Source: a virus. Taken from it: a DNA stretch of 64,000 bases. The translations under genes and the position numbers were made by a program. Shown piece after piece: positions 1 through 8,375 of this stretch. The DNA is taken from IMG/VR virus record IMGVR_UViG_3300045988_070370, positions 3,495 to 67,494 of that record. One strand, given 5' to 3'. Positions within the stretch are counted from its first letter, which is position 1, and each line of letters starts with the position of its first letter. The notes beneath the pieces were generated by a model, which was given only the letters and a program-made list of their open reading frames with translations, was not told where the DNA came from and searched no databases.

Positions 1-411
1 ATAACCTAATATGATTAGCAGCATACAAAGTGCGCCAAATGACCATACAGCATACTTCAACTGAAACTGCTCCCACTTGGACAACTCCTTCTCTACAGGA
101 TAGGGCACTGGGACGGAATCTCTTTTCAGGAAGGAATCTACCTTAACCTTATACACATTCTTGAAGATAGTTTTCTCATGCCATCGGTCAAGGTAGCAGG
201 TATCTCCCTTTTGTCTGAGATATATAGAATCACGCACAAAAACGCTATCGTAAGTATGCAGCGTATCGTGTTTTATCACATCCTGATATACAATTTTTTC
301 CATCGGAATGTACTTCGTTTTGCATCCCGACAGAAGAAATGCCACCAGCAAGATACCAATCACGTAGAGTGCTACTTGCCAAAAATAAGTATCATACCAC
401 TTTGTTTTCAT
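1..411 (-). CDS. u-spanin-like lysis lipoprotein (C-terminus runs off the window start)
   Basis: Own translation of the minus strand from the ATG at 411-409 gives MKTKWYDTYFWQVALYVIGILLVAFLLSGCKTKY..., open to position 1 (137 codons). It is absent from the ORF track because no stop lies in the window. A lipobox LLSGC follows a signal helix, and a second hydrophobic helix (AVWSFGALCMLLIILGY) sits at the truncated end. The gene lies directly downstream of holin and endolysin. Confidence 0.5.
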   Translation of the reverse strand, partial: MKTKWYDTYFWQVALYVIGILLVAFLLSGCKTKYIPMEKIVYQDVIKHDTLHTYDSVFVRDSIYLRQKGDTCYLDRWHEKTIFKNVYKVKVDSFLKRDSVPVPYPVEKELSKWEQFQLKYAVWSFGALCMLLIILGY

Positions 412-414
412 AGA

Positions 415-963
415 CTAAACATTGAAAACCTTCTTTGCTCTTGTTAGGAACTTTCGCCTTGATTCCAATCCGTTAGTTCCACCATTGATGGTCTTGGTAA
501 TAGCCACGAAACAATCACTATCAGCCAGTTTGTTCAGGTCGTGCTTCCACCACCACCACATCGCACTCTTTGTTGCACCCAAAGGCTTCTCCAGCAATTC
601 AGGATGCTCCATGATGTCACCAGTACAGTGCTTGCTATTCTGATAAGCCTGATAGTTCGCCCTGCCTGTAATCTGTATCAATCCCCTACCACGATACTTA
701 TACCCGTCACCATCTTTCAGGTTTCCGAGCATATTCTTCAATCTACCAACATCATACTTACGGAAGTAGTTCCTGTTGCCGAGTTCCTTGGTATATCTCA
801 GTTCGCCACTCTCATGAGCAATCTGAGCCAAGAAGTGAGCCATACGTATAGGAGTATCAATATGATACGCCTCAGCATACCCATTAATGTAAGGCAGAAA
901 ATCATTCACCCTATCCTTTGCATTCGGCATGATAGCTAGAATCTGTTCTCTTGTTACCTTCAT
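415..963 (-). CDS. Endolysin, GH19-like (chitinase-class-I-like muramidase)
   Basis: 182 aa. Motifs AHFLAQIAHESGELRY and YRGRGLIQITGRANY are typical of GH19/COG3179-type phage endolysins. The start overlaps the holin stop (TAATG). Confidence 0.85.
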   Translation of the reverse strand: MKVTREQILAIMPNAKDRVNDFLPYINGYAEAYHIDTPIRMAHFLAQIAHESGELRYTKELGNRNYFRKYDVGRLKNMLGNLKDGDGYKYRGRGLIQITGRANYQAYQNSKHCTGDIMEHPELLEKPLGATKSAMWWWWKHDLNKLADSDCFVAITKTINGGTNGLESRRKFLTRAKKVFNV

Positions 964-1226
964 TACTTACCCTCCTTTACTTGTTTCAGCATACTTACGA
1001 GTTCGTCCTTCACCTTGCTCTCAAAGTTGCCTAATTTTGTCTTAAAATAAATGTTCACTCCGAATATTGCTCCAGAGTAAACAAGTGCTTGACTGATGTA
1101 CCAGAGCACACCATCCGAAATAATATAGTTGTTCAGAAAGAATGATAGGAAGGCAAGGACGATGCCGCTAACTACCATTCCAATGGCTGTACCATATTGC
1201 AATCCTTCACGTACGTTTGGAGTCAT
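963..1226 (-). CDS. Holin-like small membrane protein
   Basis: 87 aa with two hydrophobic helices (TAIGMVVSGIVLAFLSFFL, VLWYISQALVYSGAIFGVNIY) and a charged C-terminal tail. It lies immediately upstream of the endolysin. Confidence 0.55.
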   Translation of the reverse strand: MTPNVREGLQYGTAIGMVVSGIVLAFLSFFLNNYIISDGVLWYISQALVYSGAIFGVNIYFKTKLGNFESKVKDELVSMLKQVKEGK

Positions 1227-1294
1227 AACTTATCTTTTTATACTATTAATATTAATAATATGCAAAAATAAGTTATGCCTTTCAATTCATCATC

Positions 1295-1780
1295 TTATCC
1301 GTTAATGTTATGCCATATCTTGCTCGTTGGATGCAAACAGTCTGGGTCTTGAAGGTATTCTATCGCCATCAACACTACCATTTCTTTCAGCTCCCCTGCA
1401 TCCTCACTATATCGCTCCAGCAGAACATGATGGTCACTCCTCAGTAAATTCATAGTTACCGCCAAATCATGGATGGTATAGTCTGATATATCATCCTTAT
1501 GTTTATCGAAAACCTCCTTTATTTCTTCGTCCGTGAAGAAAGGAGCCATGTGCTTGGTTCCATCAGCATCCTCATACCACATCTTACTGATAGCATCATC
1601 AGCAAAGTACTTGTCAAAATGTTCTTCACTCAAAACACCATGCACCATCGCACAAAGATGATGCACCTCTACATCGCTCAACTTGTACGAGAGATACTTA
1701 CCCATAGCCTTAGCTATACTCAACATCTGTTCAGGAGTCATATCCTGCTGATACTTTTCGACAAACTCTATGAAATTCAT
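1295..1780 (-). CDS. Hypothetical protein
   Basis: ORF 1295-1852. I prefer the internal start MNFIEFVEKY (ATG at 1780-1778), about 31 nt downstream of a minus-strand TAtcTTTG box. No recognisable motif. Confidence 0.55.
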   Translation of the reverse strand: MNFIEFVEKYQQDMTPEQMLSIAKAMGKYLSYKLSDVEVHHLCAMVHGVLSEEHFDKYFADDAISKMWYEDADGTKHMAPFFTDEEIKEVFDKHKDDISDYTIHDLAVTMNLLRSDHHVLLERYSEDAGELKEMVVLMAIEYLQDPDCLHPTSKIWHNING

Positions 1781-1810
1781 ACCTATAAAATTTAAAAGTT
1801 TATGATGCTG

Positions 1811-1818
1811 CAAAGATA
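1811..1818 (-). promoter_or_regulatory. Bacteroidota-type -7 promoter box (TAtcTTTG on minus strand)
   Basis: The plus strand reads caaagata. The box lies upstream of the 1780 start codon, ahead of the lysis genes. Confidence 0.45.
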
Positions 1819-1913
1819 AGAATATCTTCAACGCAGCACCATAAACTCGCAAATATTCCTGTAGCTATCTGAGTATCAGACAAATACAGTTACGATAAAA
1901 ACACCTCCTTTCT

Positions 1914-2135
1914 TTATTCGTCCTTATATTTGGTTCGTTTCTCTTTGCCCCTCGCCCAGATGTCGTTTTTCTTGCGTTTCGACACCTTGCCGAGTACATC
2001 ATTTTCGTAAAGTTCGGGCTTATCTTCCCTACCTTTAGTCTCTGTAGCTATACCATTATTGGGATTGCTACCTTGGCTGGCATCGGGTTTTCCGTTGCCA
2101 TACCATTCCTTGTCGCTTGGTTTGTCTGCAATCAT
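1914..2135 (-). CDS. Small head-module protein carrying the shared GIATETKGRE...IWxRGxEKRT module
   Basis: ORF 1914-2174. The likely start is MIADKPSDKEW (2135). The C-terminal 45 aa are homologous to the scaffold C-terminus, and the central part to the MCP N-terminal region (see findings). Confidence 0.5.
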   Translation of the reverse strand: MIADKPSDKEWYGNGKPDASQGSNPNNGIATETKGREDKPELYENDVLGKVSKRKKNDIWARGKEKRTKYKDE

Positions 2136-2163
2136 ACTATTATCTATTAAAAGAATAACTAAA

Positions 2164-4200
2164 TTAAGCAGCAAGCGGTGGGGTCTGTCCGTCAGGACTC
2201 ACTCCCTGACCGCTCATCATCTGCTGCAACATCGCCTGAGCCTTCGGATTGCTCTGTGATGCCTGAGCCACTTGCGCTTGCAACTGAGGAGAGAATCCTT
2301 GTGGAGTCTCACCATTCTGTATGGCTTGCTGGTTGGATGCAACCGATTGCAGCAACTCCTCTCCAAATGGGAAATCTCCTACTTGCAGCAACTGCTCCAG
2401 CGTGATAGCCTGATTCTGCCACAAGGTCATAAGGAACTCATTCGCCATCTGTCTATAAACAGGAGTAGCCGTACTTTCCGTGATATTGATGTCAAACTCA
2501 ACGTCTCGTATCTTCTTAGGGTCATAGCGTACAATCTGCCCTGCCCTACCAACGATATTGAAGTTGCGAGCCACATCATAGTACTGCTGCATATTCTTCA
2601 CGGTCTTGTAAGCACCATCAATGATAAACTGGCTGAAACTCTCCAATATATCAAGCAGCGACATGGTGGCATTCTGAGTCTGCTGGGCATAGAGCGAACC
2701 GCTCGTTCCTGAAACTCCTGGCTTTCCTTGTAGAGCACCATTTACTCCAGATATATCTTCAAAGAACTTCAACTGATAACTGAGCAAATCACCGATACCG
2801 ATATTCGTTGAGTTGTTCGCCACTTGCTGAGGAACCTGACCGCTCTTGTTCGGCTTGTATCTCACCACACCATTGAACCTACTCCACTCATCGCAGAAAT
2901 CATCCCAACTCATATCGTCAGGCAGACAATCCTCAGGACAGAGCAGCACACCCTTGGCACTTGCACGCATAATGAAGTCGTACATCGTGATAAGTCGGTT
3001 AACATATCTCTGCTGGTCAATCACATCTTCCACGAAACTGTGAATCTCACCATCTATAAACGGATAGAACTTAAAGCAGTATGGATGCTCACCATGAGCA
3101 TAAGGAGTCTCACCCTCTCTCAGAATATCACCGAAAGGAGAAAGATAATAGAAATGCCAGTAATCATCCATGAACCACTCAGCTTCAATCAGAGGAATAT
3201 CATCTTCCACCATACCAGCAGCCAATCCTCTCTGTCTTCTGTCCGCATTCTCGGCATCTACAATATCTGCCTTATCCTCAATATCAATCTTGAAATCATC
3301 GCCATTGTTGTAGTCGTGGCATCGGTATCTCGGTTTACTCTCCTTGCGCCAAACCTCAATCACTCGGCAGAGCGAAGGGTTGGCAGGATTCATGAAGTCG
3401 ATGGTCTTAGGGTCGAACTCACCAAATCGCTGAGTGCAGTCAGCAATCACGAAATCTCGGTTAGCCGCCAGTCTGTATATCTCCTTCAACTTACGAGCCT
3501 CAGCAGGAGACTTGGCAAACTCTCGCAGTACGTTGCCGATGGTGATGTCATGCACCTCACCTAAGCAACTCACGTCCCAACCACGGAAATCCCTCATATT
3601 GTTGTCTATGAAGAAATTGTTCGGGTTCACGTAGTCCGTCCAGCAATCCAACCTACCTCTTCGCCATCCATACTTTTTCTTATAGATAGCAGCACCGCTT
3701 ATCAGGAACTCTTCCATGGTTCGGGCATCCAGCTCCGCCTCTCGGTTCAGTTGTCGGCTACATTGCAGCACCACGCTCATGGTCTCACCATATCGTTTCT
3801 CATCCTTATCTCTGGCGTTGCAGGTTGGTTCCTTGCTCTGGGAGCGATATACACCAAGCACATTCTTCACCAATCTTCTGATAAGGTTGTTCTTCAATGG
3901 CTCGCTACCCTGCTCACGGATATAGTCTTCCTCCCTGATACGCTTTTTAAAGCCACACTTACTTTTGAACTCAATGGTATCTCCCCACTGGTCTCCATAG
4001 CAGTATCGCTTGTTTCGTAATCTTCGCTTTCGGAAGTTATCCATGTTGTCGTAATATCGCTGAGCTTCAAACAGGACAGCATACGCTCGTTCATAGGGCT
4101 GGTCGTAGTTTTTGAAACTCTGCTTGACGGTATCAAGCTCATCTCTATCCACCACCTTGCTCAGCGACATCAACTTAGCCTTATCATTTTTCTTTGCCAT
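2164..4200 (-). CDS. Portal protein (probable)
   Basis: 678 aa, the largest head-module protein. It has an N-terminal RYYDN...YCYGDQWGD segment and a Q-rich acidic C-terminus, and there is no other portal-sized candidate. The call rests on size, position and general resemblance only. Confidence 0.6.
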   Translation of the reverse strand: MAKKNDKAKLMSLSKVVDRDELDTVKQSFKNYDQPYERAYAVLFEAQRYYDNMDNFRKRRLRNKRYCYGDQWGDTIEFKSKCGFKKRIREEDYIREQGSEPLKNNLIRRLVKNVLGVYRSQSKEPTCNARDKDEKRYGETMSVVLQCSRQLNREAELDARTMEEFLISGAAIYKKKYGWRRGRLDCWTDYVNPNNFFIDNNMRDFRGWDVSCLGEVHDITIGNVLREFAKSPAEARKLKEIYRLAANRDFVIADCTQRFGEFDPKTIDFMNPANPSLCRVIEVWRKESKPRYRCHDYNNGDDFKIDIEDKADIVDAENADRRQRGLAAGMVEDDIPLIEAEWFMDDYWHFYYLSPFGDILREGETPYAHGEHPYCFKFYPFIDGEIHSFVEDVIDQQRYVNRLITMYDFIMRASAKGVLLCPEDCLPDDMSWDDFCDEWSRFNGVVRYKPNKSGQVPQQVANNSTNIGIGDLLSYQLKFFEDISGVNGALQGKPGVSGTSGSLYAQQTQNATMSLLDILESFSQFIIDGAYKTVKNMQQYYDVARNFNIVGRAGQIVRYDPKKIRDVEFDINITESTATPVYRQMANEFLMTLWQNQAITLEQLLQVGDFPFGEELLQSVASNQQAIQNGETPQGFSPQLQAQVAQASQSNPKAQAMLQQMMSGQGVSPDGQTPPLAA

Positions 4201-4202
4201 GA

Positions 4203-4862
4203 TTATTGTGTTTTAGAAGGTTCTGTTATGTTGGCAAGTCCAAATGCCGTGGACTTCAAACTTGAAGCTGTATCAGTATCACCAAGTGTCGTACAAACCA
4301 AAGATGCAGCCATATAAAGAATTGACTCCTTCAATTTCTTGCACATGAATATGACACCATTGTCTATATAAGGAATAGGTATGTATGTACAGTTGAGCGT
4401 TTCCGTAGCAGTCTTGCAAGTATATAGCTCCAATTGTAAGTCACCATTGCTTTGAACCACGGCAGCGATTGGACGTTGAGGATTTCCACGGACTCCAAAA
4501 CGATTACTCTGCCAACCATACTCATCGTCCAACTCAGAAATTATCTTAGCAGGTCTCTCCCATCCAGACATCCTGACACTCAATAAGCGCAACAAGTCCT
4601 TTGGAAGCGGAACCTTACCAACATACATGCCGTTGTTAGCCTCCATCCGTAAGCTGCCATTGTCCTTGTAAGAATAGCCTGATAACATCTGCAATGGAGC
4701 ATTGAACTCTATCAGTTTCGTTGCGTCAACCAACTTGCTCTTGATAATCTCACCCTGAGAGAGCGTATCGGAATCCGTTGGTATCAACTCTGCATTTTCT
4801 TGGTTACGGTCAAGTATATTTTTGATTTCCCTAACCAAACCTTCAACCGCATAACTATCCAT
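4203..4862 (-). CDS. Hypothetical head/neck structural protein
   Basis: 219 aa, tightly packed between the 135-aa protein and the portal on the same strand. Confidence 0.5.
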   Translation of the reverse strand: MDSYAVEGLVREIKNILDRNQENAELIPTDSDTLSQGEIIKSKLVDATKLIEFNAPLQMLSGYSYKDNGSLRMEANNGMYVGKVPLPKDLLRLLSVRMSGWERPAKIISELDDEYGWQSNRFGVRGNPQRPIAAVVQSNGDLQLELYTCKTATETLNCTYIPIPYIDNGVIFMCKKLKESILYMAASLVCTTLGDTDTASSLKSTAFGLANITEPSKTQ

Positions 4863-4863
4863 A

Positions 4864-5271
4864 TTACTCCAGTCCTTCTAGTTCAACACCCTTTTCCTTA
4901 GCAATAGCCAAGATGTCTTCCTTGGTCTTCATCTTGGAACGGCTCACACCATAGGTCTCAGCCAGATAGTCCTTGGCATCCTCAACGTCTGTCACTACGT
5001 GTGTCTTCTTCTCGTCAGCCACTTTCTTCTTTGCCTTGGCAGCGGCCTTCTTCTTTGCCTCAGCAGCTTCCTTCTTCTCGTCAATACTCTCCGCCAAGAA
5101 GAACTTGTCGTTGAACCAATAATGAGACTCGATAGCCTTCTGTACCTTTGGGTCTCTTGTCATATAGACACTGCTGCCCATCGTTTTACCCTCAAAGACA
5201 ATACGCATTCTCTCATCACCTACCATAACGCTGAATGCTAAATCTGTACCAGCTTGATATTTATTAAACAT
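4864..5271 (-). CDS. Hypothetical head-associated protein with K/A/E-rich linker
   Basis: 135 aa. It has a central EKKEAAEAKKKAAAKAKKK stretch and lies immediately downstream of the MCP terminator. Confidence 0.5.
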   Translation of the reverse strand: MFNKYQAGTDLAFSVMVGDERMRIVFEGKTMGSSVYMTRDPKVQKAIESHYWFNDKFFLAESIDEKKEAAEAKKKAAAKAKKKVADEKKTHVVTDVEDAKDYLAETYGVSRSKMKTKEDILAIAKEKGVELEGLE

Positions 5272-5301
5272 GATTATACCTTATTATATATATGTGTTAC
5301 T

Positions 5302-5333
5302 AAAAAAGGGATGGGGCTAGTGCCCACACCCCT
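5302..5333 (-). terminator. Rho-independent terminator after the capsid gene
   Basis: The minus strand reads GAGGGGTGTGGGC-ACTA-GCCCCATCCC followed by TTTTTT. This is a roughly 10-bp stem with one bulge. Confidence 0.55.
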
Positions 5334-5370
5334 CACTATTTGATGAATAAATTTGCAATTCTACTTGCTG

Positions 5371-6909
5371 TTAGGCAGCAGCCTTGGTCTCTCCCGTCTC
5401 AGCCATACCATCTGTTGCAGGAACCGCAGCAAGGCGCATACGAGCGTGTGCCTTAGGGTACTTCAAGTACAGACAAGCAACCTCCTGAATGACTACAGCA
5501 TCGGTGTTGCGAATACCAGCCTTCTTCAAATCGAGTACGTTACGAGTCCAAGACAAGTGTACTCGCTTAACCAAGAACTCTGGGTCAAGAGCAAAGCCAC
5601 AGTCGCTCATACCGAAGATGTCAAACAACTCAGAGTGAATCATCAGAACCTCACCAAAGTCGGTCTCCCAACTCTTGAACTTCAAGTTCCAAACCTCTAC
5701 GGTGTCCTTCAAGCGGAACTTGTCAGAATCAATCTTGCTGAATGCACTCACGAAGTCAGAACCAGCGATAATCACCTTGCGCTTGTTGCCGATACCAGTG
5801 CCAACAAACAAGTCCTTGGAAATGTCAACCAACTCCAAATCTGTGATAACTCGCTCATTCTTGTTGTAACCCTTCTTCATATCATCAGCAGTTGCAACAT
5901 GACCAACTTCAATATCCTTACCAGCCATCCACCAGATACCCTTGGTAAACCACTGAGCAGAGTTGTTCTTGGTAGTATGCTTAATACAAGCCATATCACC
6001 GAAGAGGTAAGTACCCTCCATGGCAAGGCGCATATCGTAAATACTATCCTCTTCTATGTCTGAGAAGTCCCAATCCACTCGCTTAGCCGCAATCTTGTTG
6101 AAGGTACTCTCCTCAATCTGAATCATAAAGTTCTGACAGAACTGAGTCTCAGAATCAGGAAGGTTGTTGAAACGACCAGTCTGAACATCCAACTCGCCGC
6201 AACTCTTCGCCATACGGATAAGCACCTGACCCTTCTTCAAGGCTGGAATGCCGATAGCCTGCTTGTTGACCAATTCACCATTTACTGCAAACACAATAGG
6301 ATAACCCTCATTATCCTTGCCGCAAACACAAAGTTCCAAATCAGGAGTAGGAGCATCTTTAATAGTTGAATAAGCAACACCCTTATAGTTGGTAATTGCC
6401 TTCACATTTACCACTCGGATAGTATCATCCAGTGTGAACATTTCAGGGTCTTCCACCTTCAACACCATAGATGTACCAGTACTCTTCACGGTGTCCTCCT
6501 TGACAGTTGTCTTGATAGGACGAGTGCCGATACTCCAGTATTCTACCACAAACGAACTTGCAGACTTGGTTGTCGCATAGCGTGAAATCTGGTCAACAGG
6601 AGTAGCCATCGGACGAATCTTGGTAATCTTGTCGTTGATGTCGTTCTCATAGAACTCCGTACCTTTCTCGTTATAAGCTTCACGACCCTTGGTTTCGGTA
6701 GCGATACCATCATCCTGACGAGCCGCACCACCATTGCCAGCTTCATCGGCAGCGGTAGCACCGCCAGCCTCAGCAGCATGACCACTCTCGGTAGTACCGC
6801 CATCAGGCAGAGCAGCCTCAGCCATGACCACATTACCATTCACTCCAAAAATAACTGCCATAACCATCAGAAAAATGGAAAGCAGCCGATTAAATGTACT
6901 TTTCTTCAT
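5371..6909 (-). CDS. Major capsid protein (HK97-fold type, probable) with signal-peptide-like N-terminus
   Basis: 512 aa, directly after the scaffold-like gene and followed by a strong terminator. The KITKIRPMATPVDQISRYA segment and overall beta-rich composition fit a capsid protein. The N-terminal 30 aa look like a Sec signal (MKKSTFNR-LLSIFLMVMAVIFGV-NGNVVMA/EA). An alternative start is M29 at 6825. Confidence 0.65.
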   Translation of the reverse strand: MKKSTFNRLLSIFLMVMAVIFGVNGNVVMAEAALPDGGTTESGHAAEAGGATAADEAGNGGAARQDDGIATETKGREAYNEKGTEFYENDINDKITKIRPMATPVDQISRYATTKSASSFVVEYWSIGTRPIKTTVKEDTVKSTGTSMVLKVEDPEMFTLDDTIRVVNVKAITNYKGVAYSTIKDAPTPDLELCVCGKDNEGYPIVFAVNGELVNKQAIGIPALKKGQVLIRMAKSCGELDVQTGRFNNLPDSETQFCQNFMIQIEESTFNKIAAKRVDWDFSDIEEDSIYDMRLAMEGTYLFGDMACIKHTTKNNSAQWFTKGIWWMAGKDIEVGHVATADDMKKGYNKNERVITDLELVDISKDLFVGTGIGNKRKVIIAGSDFVSAFSKIDSDKFRLKDTVEVWNLKFKSWETDFGEVLMIHSELFDIFGMSDCGFALDPEFLVKRVHLSWTRNVLDLKKAGIRNTDAVVIQEVACLYLKYPKAHARMRLAAVPATDGMAETGETKAAA

Positions 6910-6962
6910 TGTTATTTTGAATATTAATTAAACATTATATATTATCTTTTCACCTTGTCGAA

Positions 6963-7778
6963 TTATCGAATGTGTGTTCTCTTCTCGTTTCCACGTTCCC
7001 AAATGTTACCCCTACGTGAAGCCCTACCAAGCGCACCAAGGTCAGGCTGGTTATCCGTCTGCTTGGTCTCTGCATTGGCAGAATCAAGGTCAGCAGTACC
7101 ATCACCCTTCTTTCTCAGTTCAAGGTTCTTGACGTGCTTGCTGTTCTTGCCGCGGACTTCACCCTCATGGGCAGCATCAGCCACATCGGTATCATGATTC
7201 TTTGCCTTGATGAACGCAGTAATCATTTCCTCAGTAAACTTGCCAGTCACCACATTGCGCATAGTCTGAAAGCATTGGTCGATAGCATTGTTCACCGCTT
7301 CCTCGCCATACTTCTCTTCCAATTTGTCGAAGACTTCATAGCTGGAAGGCATGTTCTTGTCATACTCCTCCTGCAACTTCTTGCCGTTGGCAGCATTCTG
7401 CAAGAACTCCGACTGAGCCGATGCAATCTCATCCGCATTGTCAGGGTCTGAATAGTAGTCAATAGCATCCTCGCCATGCGTGCGAATCAACTCAGCGTAA
7501 GGACTCTTGCCAGCCTTCATCGCTTGAAGGAAGGTAGCCGCCTCAGGGTCACTACCCAGCCAATCGCCCATCGCCTTTTCGTTATCCTTGTAACCCTGCA
7601 AAGCCTTCTGGTCGGCATCATAATCATCATTGATTGCCCCATAGATAGACTCATCATCCGCATACTCCGTATCAGGATGGCGGGTCTTCAAACGCTCCAA
7701 AGCCAAGTCTCTCTTGGTCTTGGTGTCTTGCTGTTTTGCAGCACCAGCATTCTGCTCAATATTTGTATTATCGTCCAT
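6963..7778 (-). CDS. Scaffolding protein (probable)
   Basis: ORF 6963-7805. I prefer the start MDDNTNIEQ (7778), about 22 nt after the predicted TSS of the 7810-7817 box. The protein is acidic and helix-prone, lies immediately upstream of the MCP, and has a basic C-terminal tail RRGNIWERGNEKRTHIR. Confidence 0.55.
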   Translation of the reverse strand: MDDNTNIEQNAGAAKQQDTKTKRDLALERLKTRHPDTEYADDESIYGAINDDYDADQKALQGYKDNEKAMGDWLGSDPEAATFLQAMKAGKSPYAELIRTHGEDAIDYYSDPDNADEIASAQSEFLQNAANGKKLQEEYDKNMPSSYEVFDKLEEKYGEEAVNNAIDQCFQTMRNVVTGKFTEEMITAFIKAKNHDTDVADAAHEGEVRGKNSKHVKNLELRKKGDGTADLDSANAETKQTDNQPDLGALGRASRRGNIWERGNEKRTHIR

Positions 7779-7809
7779 ATATATATGTGTAAATTTATAA
7801 ATCAATGCC

Positions 7810-7817
7810 CAAAAGTA
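7810..7817 (-). promoter_or_regulatory. -7 promoter box (TActTTTG on minus strand) for the head operon
   Basis: The plus strand reads caaaagta. The divergent intergenic region 7779-7919 holds one box per strand. Confidence 0.5.
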
Positions 7818-7900
7818 ACACTTTTCAACTTATTATTAATCTTATCCGTTAACTATACTTAATCATATCCGATTAATTTGGTTATTTCAATACATTTTTG

Positions 7901-7908
7901 TATCTTTG
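7901..7908 (+). promoter_or_regulatory. -7 promoter box TAtcTTTG for the packaging/tail operon
   Basis: tatctttg lies 12 nt upstream of the ATG at 7920. Confidence 0.45.
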
Positions 7909-7919
7909 CATCATAGACG

Positions 7920-8375
7920 ATGAAACATAAAGGCTCACGATGTGACTTTACAAAAGAACGTGACGCTGACATATTGAGAGCTTACAAAAAGATTATATCA
8001 GTAAGAGACGATATAGGCATCTTGGAGATTGAGCGAAGACTATTGCAATCTCCAAGCAAACGTTTTTGGGTTTCCTCTGACCGAGCATACAATGTCATTC
8101 TCAATATGCTCAATGGTAAATCCATCAGCAGCATGAATCCACAGAAAAGAGCAATGTTTCAGGAGATTTTCCGAAGATACAAGATTTATTCCAAGGAGCA
8201 TCCTTCTCTCACCAAGATGGATGCCATTTGGCATGTGTGCAATCAGGAAGCACCGAGTTTCTATCTCACTCCAAAATCCATGCACGTCATACTTCATCGG
8301 GTGAGGAAGGAGGAGAAGAAAAGATGCTACGAACTTCGTCAGAGAAGATTGCGCTTTATGCAGGGTACATTATAA
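7920..8375 (+). CDS. Hypothetical protein (possible DNA-binding or small-terminase role, unsupported)
   Basis: 151 aa, basic, first gene of the operon containing TerL. No motif recognised. Confidence 0.45.
   Translation: MKHKGSRCDFTKERDADILRAYKKIISVRDDIGILEIERRLLQSPSKRFWVSSDRAYNVILNMLNGKSISSMNPQKRAMFQEIFRRYKIYSKEHPSLTKMDAIWHVCNQEAPSFYLTPKSMHVILHRVRKEEKKRCYELRQRRLRFMQGTL

Noticed and set aside
178-447. An 89-aa plus-strand ORF at the window start.
   Set aside because: It is antisense to a better-supported minus-strand lipoprotein ORF that continues the lysis cassette.
5353-6839. ORFs 5353-6063 (+) and 6543-6839 (-, alternative frame) overlapping the capsid gene.
   Set aside because: They are shadow ORFs. 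The second lies in the low-complexity Ala/Gly region, where all frames stay open.
1292-7852. An exact 14-nt repeat ATCTTATCCGTTAA at 1292-1305 and 7839-7852 (with a related copy near 39170).
   Set aside because: Several 14-mer coincidences are expected by chance in 64 kb on two strands, and one copy is simply the end of a coding region.
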